Made by a program: the position numbers and the translations under genes. A stretch of DNA of 64,000 nucleotides from the human T2T-CHM13v2.0 reference genome, Homo sapiens. The stretch is from the NCBI RefSeq assembly GCF_009914755.1, contig NC_060925.1, one strand, 5' to 3'. Positions 18,991 to 36,795 of this stretch are shown piece after piece. Positions within the stretch are counted from its first letter, which is position 1. Each line of letters begins with the position of its first letter. The notes under the pieces were generated by a model. The model was not told the DNA's origin. It saw only the letters and a program-made list of their open reading frames with translations, and made no database searches.

Positions 18991-19942
18991 GCTGAGACTA
19001 AGATTTTTCAGCTCACATGTGAACCAGTTTCTCAAGGTCATTTAGGAACTCACCAGAAAATCCAACTGGAACTTGGATTTCTCCAATCCAAAGTGGCTTA
19101 TACCCTATGAATGAGAACCACTTCCTCCCTTGGAGTGCCACAAATACATCACTTCAGTCACCAGATAATGTGAATTTAAATGTCCGACGGTGCTAAATGC
19201 TAAGCAGTATTGTAACCTGAACCATCTAGAGGCTTATCAAAACAGCCGGCATTGGGCAGAGAATTGCCAGCCCTGAAATCACTGTACGCAGCAGACCTTT
19301 AGAATTATGTATATTTTAGGTGATGAATGTTATCTTCAGCTCTATTTTTAGCTTCCCCAGCCTACAAAAGCATTTGCAAGAACAGAGAAAATCTCTGTGA
19401 CAAAATCTATTAAGTGTGAATTGCTCACCTGGTATCTCAGAGACAGAAACAGTACAAGTTCTCAGGTTGCACTTTTAAAAAAAATTCTGGAAAGTAACGC
19501 AAATAGATTTTAAAATTTTTACCTCTTCATAGAATACTTAACACCCTTTGTAATTAGAACATTCCTTAAGGTCTGCAAATTAAATCATTAGCACTGCGTC
19601 TTTTCAGGAGTGAAGCTGCTGAGAAGCTGAAAAAATAAGATTTCGTTTTCCTTGACATCCAGATTTTAAAACTACCGTAAGAATTGTTTCCACAACAAAG
19701 TATGGGGTTGGTGTCTGGAATTTCTGTAAGGAATGCACAGCATTCGCATTTCCATGTGACGTGACGGCATCCATCTCACAGCCGGGCACTTCACCTGAGA
19801 CTTTAAGGAAATGCAACATGGCCCAGGCTGAATTTGTTGTCTTCCACTCCAGCAACATTGACACAGATAATCCATCCACAGAAGTCAACCACTGAGAGGT
19901 CAGGATTCAGGGAAATAAACTGCAATTAGAAGGTTCCCTGAG

Positions 19943-20220
19943 GGCCAGGCATGGTGGCTCACACCTGTAATCCCAGCACTTTGGGAGGCCAAGGCGGGTG
20001 GTTCACTCAGGTCAGGAGTTCAAGACCAGCCTGGCCAACATGGTGAAACCACATCTCTACTAAAAATACAAAAAATTAACCAGGACTGGAGGTGGGGCCT
20101 GTAATCCCAGCTACTCAGGAGGCTGAGGCAGGAGAATCGCTCAAACCCAGAAGGCGGAGGTTGCGGTGAGCCAAGATTGCGCCACCGCACTCCAGCCTGG
20201 GCAACAAGAGTGAGAAACTC
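19943..20220 (+). mobile_element. AluS lacking tail
   Basis: Dimer ends at gagaaactc. Confidence 0.93.
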
Positions 20221-20230
20221 CTGAGATGCA

Positions 20231-20512
<282 letters not shown>

Positions 20513-21019
20513 GGTAACCTGAGAAGCAAAAGGAACTGGGGGGTCCTGTAGGACATTTGCCCCTGACTGGTATAGGGCCTAAGAAATGTGCCCCGTCCAC
20601 CGTCCACCATGGTGCACCTTCCAGAGCCCCGGGCTGCCTCCCAGACCCTCAGGTGCCCATGTGCGCTGCTCTCAGAGAGTGGCTTCACATTGCATCTCGA
20701 GGATTTCTTTCCACATAGCTTATGAAGAGGGCCAGTCTCCGGAGCATAGGTGAGGACACACTCCACAAGGTGTTCCAATTTGCCAGATGTCGATTGTTAC
20801 CGTTACATCTGACCCTGGGGCTGGTCTCAGGGGGCTAACTAGGGAAGCCAGGGCCCTGGTGAGGCCACAAGCCACACCCATCCAACCAGCCTCCATGTCA
20901 GGGCATGCCACGGGTCACAGTGGGCATCCGGCAGAGAAACTGGTTCCAGCAGTGGCTCAGAGGGGGCGTCCCCACGCCACAGAAGCAGCAGCGGAGGGCC
21001 TGTTTTCACACCCAGGCTC

Positions 21020-21165
21020 TGACAGTTGCCAGGGGGATGTTTCTTCCCTTACTGATTCGCAGTGTCTTCATTTGTAAAACAAAGATGGTTATATCAACTT
21101 CAAGGAGTGAGAATTAAATGGGAGGTATGAAAGTACTCTGTGAAGTGCAATGAGAAGTGAGATAT
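21020..21165 (+). mobile_element. MIR fragment
   Basis: cagtgtcttcatttgtaaaac..gtgagaattaaatg. Confidence 0.6.
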
Positions 21166-21284
21166 TATTATGAGTTCCTGAGGAAACTGAGGCTCATCAT
21201 AATGTACTAGCACCCAGCACATAGCCCTACATAAAGGAAGGGCTTAATAAATATTGGAGAAAAGGGAGGATTATTATGATTATT

Positions 21285-21617
<333 letters not shown>

Positions 21618-21619
21618 CG

Positions 21620-21970
21620 TATTATGATTATTTCTAAGTGTGCTGATCCCCCGTCCCGCCACCCCGCAGCGGCAGACCACGATGTGCAGGGGAGGAAAGA
21701 GGGTGCTCCCTGCTGGGAGCTGGAAATTCCTGGGGGTGGTCTTTTGAGGAATGTAGGAGCAAGGAGATCATGGTCAGCCTTCTACAGGCATCGGATGCTT
21801 TTTTTCCTTAAAAAAAAAAAAAAAGTAACAATCGGATCGGGCTTTAGTTTCCAGGCAACCGTGTTGCATGAGTCCCACGTGGTGGCAGGTCTTCCATGCA
21901 TGAGCCATATTTACGGTGAACGGCGGCAACTCCATGCCCAGGAACAGGGCTCAGACCCGCACTGAGACTT
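21620..21970. promoter_or_regulatory. CpG-retaining candidate enhancer (kB, RFX, CACGTG)
   Basis: TGGAAATTCC at 21721, GTTTCCAGGCAAC at 21847, CCACGTGG at 21875. Confidence 0.4.
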
Positions 21971-22110
21971 TAGCGGGTTTCTTAACCTTTTCTGTGCCAC
22001 GGACCCCTTTGCCAGTCTGGTGAAGTTTATGAACCTCTTCTAAGAATAATGTTTCTAGACACATTAAAAGTAAAATGTATAGAATTATAAAGGAAACAAA
22101 TCATATCAAA
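21971..22110 (+). mobile_element. Charlie4-type hAT transposon, left part
   Basis: ttcttaaccttttctgtgccacggacccctttgccagtctggtgaag. Confidence 0.75.
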
Positions 22111-22111
22111 T

Positions 22112-22300
22112 ATTTTATTTTTATTATTCTGTTTTTATTTTTTGAGACAGGGTCTTGCTCTGTCACCCAGGCTGGAAGATAGCGGCACAAGCCTAGCGTA
22201 CCGTAACCTCAAATTCTTGGGCTCAAAGAATCCTCCTGCCTCAGCCCCTTGAGTAGGTAACACTGCAGGTGTCCAACGCCATGCCTGGCTAATTTTTTAT
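22112..22300 (-). mobile_element. AluJ right monomer or FRAM
   Basis: Reverse single monomer. Confidence 0.85.
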
Positions 22301-22454
22301 TTTCATTTTTAATTAAAAAAATTTTTTGTGGGCACATAGTATGTGTATATATTTATGGAATGCATGAGATATTTTGGGACAGGCATGCAATGCATAATAA
22401 TTACATCGGGGTAAATGGGGTATCCCTTTGTGTTAAAAACAATCTAATTATACC

Positions 22455-22780
<326 letters not shown>

Positions 22781-23614
22781 TAAATGTACAATTAAATTAT
22801 TGTTGACTATAGTCACCCTGTTGTGCTATCAAATACTAGATCTTATTCATTCTTTCTATTTTTTTGTACCCATTAACCATCCCCACCTTTCCACCAGCAC
22901 CCCCAGTACCTTTCCCAGCCTCTGGTAACCATCCTTCTACCCTCTATCTCCATGAATTCAATTGTTTTAATTTTTATCTCTCAGAAATGACTGAGAATAA
23001 GTGAAGTTTGTCTTTCTGTCCCTGTCTTGTTTCACTGAACATAATTACCTCCAGCTCCATCCATGTTGTTGCAAATGACAGGATCTCATTCTTTTTCATG
23101 GCTGAATAATACTCCATTGAGTATATGTACCACATTTTCTTTATCCATTCATCTGTTGATGGACACTTTGGTTGCTTCTAAATCTTGGCAATTGTGAATA
23201 GTGCTGCAACAAACATGGGAGTGGGTATTTCTTCGATATACTGAATTCCTTTCTTTTTTACACTCTTGTATACACTCTTGCCAACACTTGTATGGCAGCT
23301 CTATTTTGGTTTTTTGAGGAACCTCCAAACCATTCTCCATAGTGGTTGTACTAATTTACGTTCCCACCAATAGTGTTTAAGGGTTCCCTTTTCTCCACAT
23401 GCTTGCCAGCATGTGTTATTGCCTATCTTTTGGATAAACGCCACTTTAACTGGGGTGAGATATCTTATTGTAGTTCTAACTTGGATTTCTCTGAAGAACA
23501 ATGGTGTTGAGCACCTTTTCATATGCCTGTTTGCCATTTGTATGTCTTTTGAGAAATGTCTATTCAGATCTTTTACCCATTTTCAAAATTGGATCACTAG
23601 ATATTTTCCTATGA

Positions 23615-24165
<551 letters not shown>

Positions 24166-24344
24166 CTGTTATTAATCCCTTGTTAGATGGAAAATCTGCA
24201 AACATTTTTCTCCCATTTGGTGGATTGTCTCTTCACTTTGTTGACTGTTTTCTTTGCCCAGTTCAATGTCCTAGAGAGTTTCCCCATTGTTTTCTTGCAG
24301 CGGTTTCATAGTTTGAGGTCTAAAATGTAAATATTTAATCCATT

Positions 24345-24515
<171 letters not shown>

Positions 24516-24547
24516 TAAAAATGTGTTATTGAATTCAGTTTGCTAGT

Positions 24548-24853
24548 ATTTTTTTTGAGGGGGGTGCTGCAGAGTCTTGCTCTGTCACCCAGGCTGGAGT
24601 GCAGTGGTGCAATCTCAGATCTCGGCTCACTGCAGCCTCTGCCTCCCGGGTTCAAGCGATTCTCCTGTCTCAGCCTCCTGAGTAGCTGGGATTACAGTCG
24701 TGTACCATCACACCCAGCTAATTTTTGTATTTTTAGTAGAGACAGGGTTTCACCATGTTGAGCAGGCTAGTCTTGAACTCCTGACCTCAGGTGATCTGCC
24801 CTCCTCAGCCTGTCAAAGTGCTGGGATTACAGGCGTGAGTCACTGCACCCGGT
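24548..24853 (-). mobile_element. AluS in L1
   Basis: Reverse dimer; TSD ttgctagta. Confidence 0.92.
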
Positions 24854-25454
24854 CTTGCTAGTACTTTGATGAGGATTCTTGCATCAGTCTTCATCAGGGA
24901 TACTGGCCTGTAGTTTTCTTTTCTTTACTTTTTTTGTTTGTTTGTTTGTTTGTTTGTTTTTGGCAGCAGGATAATACTAGCCTCATAGAATGAGTTTGGA
25001 AGTATTCTCTAATTTTCAGAATAGTTTGAGTAGGATTGGTAATATTTTTCCTTAAATGTTTGGTAGAATTCAGCAGTGAAGCTATCAGGTCCCAGGCTTT
25101 TCTTTGCTGGGAGACTTTTTATTGCGGCTTTAGTCTTATTACTGGTTTTTGTTCTGTTCAGGTTTTGAATTTCTTCATGGTTCAATCTTGGTGTGTCTGG
25201 AATGTATCCACTTCTTCTAGATTTTCCAATTTATTGACACATAGTTGCTCATAGTAGCCTCTAATGATCCTTTGAATTTCTGTGGTATCAGTTGTAACGT
25301 CTCCTTTTTAATCTCTGATTTCATTTATTTGTATCTTCTCTCTTTTTTCTTAGTCTGGCTAAAGTTGGTTATTTTTGTTTATCTTGTTAAAAAAACAAAC
25401 TTTTCATTTCATGGATCTTTTGTATTGTTTTCTTCATTTCAATTTTATTTATTT

Positions 25455-25754
25455 CTGTTGTTTTGTTTTGAGATAGTCTCACGTTGTTGCCCAGGATGGA
25501 GTGTATTGACACACTCACAGCTCACTGCAGCCTCAACCTCCCAGACTCAAGTCATCCTCCCATCTCAGCCCCTCAATTATCTGGGACTACAGACATGTGC
25601 CACCATGCTCGGCTTAGTTTAAAAAATTTTTTTTGTATAAACAGGGTCTCAGTATGTTGCCCTGGCTGGTCTGGAGTTCCTGGGCTCAAGCCATCCTTCT
25701 GCCTCTGCCTCCCAAACTGCTGGGATTATAGGCATGAGCCCCTGCACCTTGCCT
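25455..25754 (-). mobile_element. AluJ in L1
   Basis: Reverse diverged dimer. Confidence 0.88.
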
Positions 25755-26136
25755 ACTGTGATCTTTATAATATTTTTTCTTCTACTAATTTTGAGTTTGG
25801 TTTGCTTTTGCTTTTTTGATTTTTTAAGATGCATCTTTAGGTTGTTCATTCCAAGTTTTTCCTCGTTTTTATATAGGCACTTATAGCTATAAACTTCCCT
25901 GTTAGTACTGTTTTTGCTGTATCCATGGGTTTTGGTATGTTGTGTTTCGACTATCATTTGTTTCAATAAATGTTTCGATTCCCTTCTTAATTTCTTCATT
26001 GGCCCACTGGTCCTTCAGGACCATACTGTTTAATTTCCATATGTTTGTATAGTGTCTAAAATTCCTCCTGTCGTTGACTTCTAGTTTTACTTCATTGTGG
26101 TCAGAGAAAATACTTGATATTCTTTCAATTCTTTCA

Positions 26137-26402
26137 TTTTTTTTTTTTTTTTGTGACAGAGTCTCACTCTGTCATGAGGCTGGAGTGCAGTAGTGCGATC
26201 TCAGCTCACTGCAACTTCTGCCCCCTGGTTCAAGTGATTTTCCTGCCTCAGCCTCCCGAGTAGCTAGGACTACGCGTGCCACCATGCCCGGCTAATTTTT
26301 GTATTTTTTAGTAGAGACAGGGTTTCACCATGTTGTCCAGGATGGTCTCCATCTCTTGACCTCGTGTTCTGCCCACCTCGGCCTCCCAAAGTACTGGGAT
26401 TA
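26137..26402 (-). mobile_element. AluSc-like in L1, 5' end lost
   Basis: Reverse dimer ending at ctgggatt. Confidence 0.9.
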
Positions 26403-26462
26403 TATTTTATTTCTTCTTCACGTTTGAAGGATATTTTCATCAAATATACTATTCTAGGATAA

Positions 26463-26788
<326 letters not shown>

Positions 26789-29505
26789 ATTCAGCACTTT
26801 AAATATATCATGCCACTCTCTCCTGGCCTGTAAGGTTTCCACTAAAAAGTCTGCTGCCAGATGTATTGGAGCTCCATTGTATGTTATTTGTTTCTTTTCT
26901 CTTGCTGCTTTTAGGATCCTTTCTTTTTCCTTGACCTTTGGGAGTTTGATGATTCAATGCCTTGAGGTCGTCTTCTTTGGTGTTCTATAACCTTCTTGTA
27001 CTTGGATATCAATATCTTTCTCTAGGTTTAGGAAGTTCTCTGTTTTTATCCCTTTGAATTAACTTTCTACCCCATCTCTCTCTCTCTGCCTCCTCTTTAA
27101 GGCCAATAAGTCTTAGACTTGTCCTTTCAGAGGTATTTTCTAGGTCCTTTTAAGTGTGCTTCATTGTTTTTCAGTCTTTTTTTCTTTTGTTTCCTCTGTC
27201 TGTATATTTTCAAATAGCCTGTGTTCGAGCTCACTAATCCTTTCTTCTGCTTGATTAATTCTGCTATTAAAGGACTCTAATGCATTCTTTAGTTTGCCAG
27301 TTGCATTTTTCCGGTCCGGAATCTCTGCTTGATTCTTTTTAATTATTTCAATTCTTTGTTAAATTTATCTGATAGAATTCTGAATCCCTTCTCTGTGTTC
27401 TCTTGAATTTCTTTGAGTTTCCTCAAAACAGCTGTTTTGAATTCTGTGTCCAAAAAGTCAAATATCTCTGCTTCTTCAGGATGGGTCTCTGGTTCCTTAT
27501 GTAGCTCATTTGGTGAGGGCATGTTTTCCTGCAGGGTCGTGATGCCTGTGGATGTTCATTGGTATCTGGGCATTGAAGAGTTAGTATTTATTATAATCTT
27601 CACTGTCTGGGCTTGTTTGTACCTGTCCTTCTTAGGAAGGCTTTGTGCATATCAGATGGGACTTGAGTGTTGTGATCTAAGCTTTTGGTCACTACAGCCA
27701 TATCTGCCTTAGGGGCCCCCCGAGCCCAGTAACACTGTGGTTACTCTTAGAGGTAACCACAGACTCTTAGAGGTACTGCCTTGGTGGTACTGAATATAAG
27801 ATCTGGAAGAATTATCTAGATTACCATGCAGAGACTCTTGTTCTCTTTCCTTACCTTTCTCCCAAACAAACAGAGTCTCTCTCTGTGCTGAGCTGCCTGG
27901 AGCTGGGGAAGTGGTGACACAAGCACCCCTGTGGCCACCACTACTGTGACTGCACCAGGTCAGACCTGAAGCCAGCGCAGCTCTGGGTCCCACCCGTGGC
28001 CTGCTATAACCACCGCCTGGCTACGACCTGTGTTTGCTCAAGGCCCTAAGGCTCTACAGTCAGTGGGTGGTGAAGCCAGGCTTGTGCTCTTCCCTTCAGA
28101 GCGGCAAGTTCCCCCAGGTGCTAGGTGGGTCCAGAGATGCTATCTGGGAGCCAGGACCTGGAGTCAGAAACTTTAGGAACCTACCTGGTGTTCTATCCTA
28201 TTGTAGCTGTGCTGGCACTCGAACTACAAGACAAAGTCCTTCCCAGTCTTCTCTCCCCTCTCCACAGGCAGAGGATTCTCTCCTCATGGCCACCACCACC
28301 GTGGACCCAGGGGGAGTACAGCCTGGCTACCACCAATGCTCACTTAAAGCCTAGGGCTCTTCAGTCAGCTGGTAGTGAATGCTGCCAGGCCTAGGACTCA
28401 TCCTTCATGGAAGTGGGCTCCCCTCTGGCCTAGGGTAGATCCAGCAATGCCATCCAAATGCCAAGGCCTAGAATTAGGGGCCCCAAGAGCCCACTTGGTG
28501 CTACACCCCACTGTGGCTGAGATTATACCTAGGCTGAGTTCTGCCTGGTTTTGACAAAGTCCCCTTTACCCTTCCCTCTCCTTTTCTCAAGCAAAAGTAG
28601 TCCCTCTTTATAGCCACCACAGTTAGAAATGTGCTGGGTCATGCCTGAAGCCAGCACGTCTCAGAATCTCACCCAAGGCCCATGACATACTCCCTGGGTA
28701 TTGCTGCTGATTATTCAGGGTCTAAGGGCTCCTTAGTCAGCAGGTGATGCATTCTGCCAGGACTGTGTCCTTCCCATCAAGGCAGCAGTTTCCCTTCTGG
28801 CCCAGGGTATGTCTAGAAATGTAGTCCAGGAGCTAGGGCCTGGAATGGAGGCCTCATGACTCTACCTTGTGCCCTGTGCTACTGTGGCTGAGCTGGTTTC
28901 CAAGTTCCCTCTCCTCTCCTCAAGCAGGAGGAAGAAGTCTCTTTCAGAGCTGTGAACTGTGCTGCCTGAGGTCGGGGGATAAGTGGCACAAGCTCTCCCT
29001 TAGCTGCCCAGGCTTGTGTCTCTGTAGGCCATGTGCCCCCAAGTCCACTGGTTCCAAGCCCAGCACAGCACTAGGACTTGCCTAGGAGTTGTAGTCCTTG
29101 TGGCCTAGACTGCCTTTCACATTTATTTAGGATCCTAGAGCACTTTAGCCCATGGTGGCGAGATTTGCCAAAAGTCGGCTTTCCACCATTGGGATGGGCA
29201 AGTCCCCTGTGGCTAGGGCTGATCTAAATGCTGCCTCCGTTGCTGGCTGAGTTGTGCCTGATTTTACTTTGTGTTGTGATGGGGCAGCACTGAGTTCCAA
29301 TGCAAAGTCCCCCAGTCACTGCGCTCTCCCTCCCCCAAGCACACAGGTTCTCTTTTTGTGCCTCACGGCCACTGTTAGGAGATTGGGGAGGGGTGGAGTC
29401 AGCAGTTCAAGACTATCTTTCCTACCCTCTTCAGTATCTCCTTCAGCAATGTGAAGTTAAAACCAGGTACTGTGATTGCTCACCTTATTTTTGATTCTTA
29501 TGAAG

Positions 29506-29507
<2 letters not shown>

Positions 29508-29555
<48 letters not shown>
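29508..29555. repeat. (GT)n microsatellite
   Basis: Uninterrupted GT run in the L1 5' UTR. Confidence 0.97.
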
Positions 29556-29560
<5 letters not shown>

Positions 29561-29634
29561 GTTGTCAAATTTGACGTTCCTGTGGGGAGGACAATTGGGA
29601 GGCTTCTATTCAGCCGTCTTGCTCTGCCTCCTTC

Positions 29635-29948
29635 CCGTTTTCTTTCCTCCTTTCTTTTCCTTCCTTCCTTCCTTCTTTTTTTTTTCTTTTTTTGAGACAG
29701 GGTCTCACTCTTGTCCAGGCTGGAGTGCAGTGGTGCAATCATCGCTTCAGCAGTCCTTCCACCTCAGCCTCCCAAGTAGCTAGGATTACAGGCATGTGCC
29801 ATCACACCCAGCTAATCTTTTCAGTTCTTGTAGAAATGGGATCTCACTGTGTTGTTCAGTCTGGTCTCAAACTCCTGGCCTCAAGTGATCCTCCCACCTT
29901 GCCCTCCCAATGTGCTGGGATTACAGATGTGAGCCACCTCACCTGGCC
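29635..29948 (-). mobile_element. AluJ
   Basis: Reverse dimer with small internal deletion. Confidence 0.88.
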
Positions 29949-29951
29949 AAA

Positions 29952-30282
29952 GTATTTTTAAAATTTCTGATCAATCATATATTTGTGAGAAATTACCACA
30001 TTCAATAACAAGATAAAGTGGGAGGTCTCGTTTCACTGTTAAAATTGCAAAGTAGTAATAAGTGCAGAAGATAGTTCATGCTCTCTGAAACAACCGTAAC
30101 ATGATATAAAAATGTCTGTGATTTCCATTGATGGTGACCAAGTCACTGGGACTGATAATGCTACTGTGGTTTGTTGCCTGGATTTATAATAATGCTCAAT
30201 TTCAGTTCAAGGTTAGTAAATTTCCTATCTAACTCCATGGATCTCTTGCAATCTATCCATAGTCCTCAGGTTAAGAAGCCCT
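29952..30282 (+). mobile_element. Charlie4-type hAT transposon, right part
   Basis: Ends aggttaagaagccct, the inverted match to ttcttaacct at the left part. Confidence 0.7.
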
Positions 30283-30689
30283 TCCTTAGAGTGAACAATT
30301 CAAGGTTCTAAATAACTTAGAAAAGATTCCCCTGCAGGCACGATGCAAGACAAATTCACTTACTATTTATTGCTGGGTCATTGGTAGCCCTTCATCCCTC
30401 GCTAAGCAGAACCTCAGGGGGCTGTACCTGGGAGGCATGTATAGATGTCCCGGTAAGAATGAACACAGAAGATGAGAGAATGACAGCGGGAGAGGAAGGG
30501 AGGGATGCAGAGGGAAACGCAAACATCCAGACTAAAAAGCACCTTTAGCCTTCACCTCCTGCCACTGCCCTCTGATCCCAAGCAGGGCTTGGAATCCAGA
30601 GAGGGGCTGCCTCCCTCAAGTCATTCCCCCTTTCCTTTATTCCTGTGACCAATTACAGATCAGTGAAGCTTAAGTTTTTTGCATTCACC

Positions 30690-31075
<386 letters not shown>

Positions 31076-31089
31076 TAACAGATGGTCTC

Positions 31090-31610
31090 CCTTTTCCCCT
31101 CCAGTTTATCCTGTACGCAGCTGTCAGACAATTTTTTCTGTGTGTCACTTTCTGCTCAAGGAACTTGCTGGGGAATCTCCATTATCACTGGTCCCACAGT
31201 CCACGTCTCTGTCTGGCTTTCAGGGCCCTTCATAATTTCACTCCATTCTCTCAACCAGGTTTATTTCTCATCAGTACTCACACTCACACTCCTTCTTGCC
31301 ACACTCATGACTTTGTTGATGCTGTGCCCTTACCCGGAACTGTTCTCCTCCCACCACGCAGCCAAACCAAATTCAACCCATCCCACACACCCACCTGAAG
31401 ATGGTTTTCCCCTGGCTGAGCTGAGCTGACCTGGCACTATTCTCAATGCCCAGTGCATGGACATTACCACATAGCCTGGTACTGAAGCATTTTCCAACTA
31501 TTTCATGCTTAGTAATTATCTCTCCATGGACTCTAAATGCCTTGAGGATAGGAATCATCTTCTATTCTCCTATATATCTCCCTGGGCCTAGACTAACGCT
31601 GAGCAATAGA
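31090..31610 (+). mobile_element. Degenerate L2 fragment
   Basis: ggctttcagggcccttcataat..ctctaaatgccttgaggataggaatcatc resembles the L2 3' region. Confidence 0.45.
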
Positions 31611-32270
31611 AATCATGTTATCACTCAAGTTATAATGAGAAGAGGAAACTTTTTATTTTGTTAGATCTCTCTGGGGAAGTGCTATATGTGCTTGGAAGAA
31701 ACATGCTGACAAGCTTACTGAGGATAAGAAGGAGGCCTCCCAGGGCATTCTCAAGCAACGAAAGACGTTTGCTGAATTATTCGCCAGAAGATCAGGAGAG
31801 TACTTTATGGAGCTTGTGAGAAAAAGGAAAAGCAAAAAGAGAATAAGAAATGAGACAGGGATGCTGTACATTGTATTAAAATGAGATGCCTGTACCCCCA
31901 AACCCTGAGTAAAATTCTATTAAAACTCAAAAAACAGCTGTCTAGGTGGATTTCTGGTGGAAACCAGTGAAGGGGCCAAGATTTCTATGGAGGGTAATGT
32001 GAGGTTTTGAGATAGATGCAAACAGGAGCCAGATGGACACGGAGGCCTTGACTAGCATTTGGATTATATTCCAATATATGATTGATCAATTGGCCAGTAT
32101 GGAGAATTATCATGGAAATGCGTGTGGTGGCTCACTGACCCCAGATGTATATTTCTCCTGCCTCTTCCATCTCACTACTATCTATTTGAGGAAGTATTAA
32201 AGTGAAGGCCACATCAGACTCTGTAGGATAACAGGTAGCCACAAAGTCTTTATTCATAAAATCCACTTCA

Positions 32271-32583
32271 GGCTGGGTGTGGTGGCTCATGCTTGTAATC
32301 CCAGCACTCTGGGAGGCAGAAGCTGGCAAATCATGAGGTCAGGAGTTCGAGACCAGCTTGGCCAACATAGTAAAACCTAGTCTCTACTGAAAATACAAAA
32401 ATTAGCCAGGTGTGGTAGCATGCGCCTGTAGTCCTAGCTACTCAGGAGGCTGAGGCAGGAAAATCGCTTGAACTCAGGAGGTGAAGGTTGCAGTGAGCCG
32501 AGACCACGCCATTGAGCTCCAGCCTGGGTGACAGAGTGAGACTCCATCTCAAAAAAACTAAAACTAAAAATAAATAAAATAAA
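32271..32583 (+). mobile_element. AluS (Sg-like)
   Basis: Full dimer; TSD taaaatccacttc. Confidence 0.94.
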
Positions 32584-33062
32584 ATCCACTTCCAAAACAT
32601 TCTTTTTAAACTGTGAGTGTGTTTGGTTCTTAGCTCACCTCAAGGTTAGGTAAGTTACCCACTCAGTGAGCATACATCTGGCGATTAGCTTGGGTTTCGG
32701 TGGTTGCTTCAGGTATACTCAGGGTGTAGGTGGAATTTGGCACTCGCTGGTTGAGTCATTTATAATTGTCCAAATTTGAGGAGGTATGAATTATGCCATC
32801 TCAGCTAGATTAAAAATGGAATGCACGGTCTTCTAGATGCTTTGATTTCATCAATATTATAATCCTGGAGAAAATAAACATTTCATTTATAAGACATGAC
32901 AGATGCTTGGTAAGTACTCCAGATACTGTAGGTGCTCAGTTCAAGTCTGTTAATAAATGCAGACTTTGTTCATTACATTAAGTAAAAATGTAAAAGCAAG
33001 CAGGGTATGTATTAGTGTTCTCCAGAGAAACAGAACTAATAGGGAATGGATATAGGTATAGA

Positions 33063-33422
<360 letters not shown>

Positions 33423-33535
33423 ATAGATGTATAAAGAGATTTTTTATAAGGAATTGGCTCACACAATTATGGAGGTCAAGAAGTCCCAAGATCTGCAGCT
33501 GGCAAGCTGGAGACTCAGGAGAGTTGTTAGTGAAG

Positions 33536-33847
33536 TTTTTTGTTTTTGGTTTTTGGGGGGTTTTTTTGAGACAGAGTCTCGCTCTGTCGCCCAGGCTGGA
33601 GTGCAGTGGCATGATCTCAGCTCACCGCAACCTCCGCCTCCTGAGGCTGAGATTCTCCTGCCTCAGCCTCCCAAGTAGCTGGGACTACAGGCATATGCCA
33701 CCACACCCGGCTAATTTTTGTATTTTTAGTAGAGATGGGGTTTCACCATGTTGGCCAGGCTGGTCTTGAACTCATGAACTCAGGTGATCCACCCGCCTCA
33801 GCCTCTCAAAGTGCTGAGATTACAGGCATGAGCCACCATACCCAGCC
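33536..33847 (-). mobile_element. AluS
   Basis: Reverse dimer. Confidence 0.93.
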
Positions 33848-34179
33848 AATGATGAAGATTTGATCCAATGTTTGGTAGGCTCAAGACCCAGGAAGAGCTG
33901 ATGTTTTAGTCTGAGTCCAAAGGCAGGACAAACAGTCAATCAGGCAGGAGGAATTTTTTGACTCTTGGGAGGAGTAGCCTTTTGTTATATTTAGGCCTTC
34001 AGCTGATTGGATGAGGCCCACCAACATTGGGAAGGGCAATCTGCTTTATTCAGTCCACCAATTCAAATGTCAATCACATCCACAAACACCCTTACAGACA
34101 CACGGAATAAGGTTTAACCAAATGTCTGGGCTCCCTGTGGCCCAGTCAAATTGACACATAAAATTAACCATCACAAGGT

Positions 34180-35248
<1,069 letters not shown>

Positions 35249-36044
35249 AATTCAACATATTTTACTGGGGTGATGGGAGTGGGCATGTGGAATGTCTTAG
35301 GAGATAACACTGCTATAAATTCCTTCCAACAAGCTTACGTTTTCTTGGCTAGAATTGTTCAGCCTCTCAGAATCCCTGGATAGGAAGTTGGATCATGCAG
35401 CTCCTGTCTGGGTTCCATTAAGTTAAAGCTCAGTTAGTTCGAGGGGCATCTCTTTTGCCTCAAGAGAAGTTCCTGAAAGGAAGGACAACAGTGAGTTCTG
35501 GCTATGGGACCCTTATTGCCAAAAGCACAGGAGCCCAGTCCAATCACAGCAGGTGCCAAACCTATCGATCTAGGAAAAGATGACCTAGCCGAGGTCACAT
35601 CATGCAAGAACCTTGCAGCCATTGGTTCCTTCCATTTTTGTTGCTGTCGTGCTTTCTCAGAGTCTCCTTCTGAACATTGTTGCTTTGAAATTTCTGGGCA
35701 GCAAGAAACTGATATAAGACCTGATTCCTCTCTGATTCTGTGGGAAAACCACAGCCCCAAAGGGAGTTTTGGTTGATTTTTTTGAAGACATGTTGCCCAA
35801 AGGACTTTTTTTCCTTCTAGTTTTTTCAAGTGCATATTCGTTGAGACCCAATCCTCTGGCACCCATTGAAGTAGAGATCCACCGATTAGGTTAGCCAAGG
35901 CAGAGAACTGATCTAAATGATTTGGGCTCCAAATTAAAATTTTGATCTGAATCCAGTGCCTTGTTAAAATTCTTCACATTGAGCTTCGCCTTTCATTTGG
36001 TAGAACGTTTATTTAGGCATTGTGTCATATGATGGGAAAAGATT

Positions 36045-36165
36045 GACATGGTTTAGGATTCCGGCTCAGCCACCCACTTGCTGAGTAACCATTGGTAGAT
36101 GATTTAACCTCTTTGAGGCTGTTTTCTCAAACTCAGTATTGAGGGATGAATTAAAATGTGTATAT
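36045..36165 (+). mobile_element. MIR fragment
   Basis: ccggctcagccacccacttgctgagtaacc..tttaacctctttgag. Confidence 0.6.
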
Positions 36166-36167
36166 GA

Positions 36168-36795
<628 letters not shown>

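Noticed and set aside
35434-35898. 154-aa ORF in unique sequence
   Set aside because: Non-ATG start, no recognisable domain, no convincing splice context; length compatible with chance
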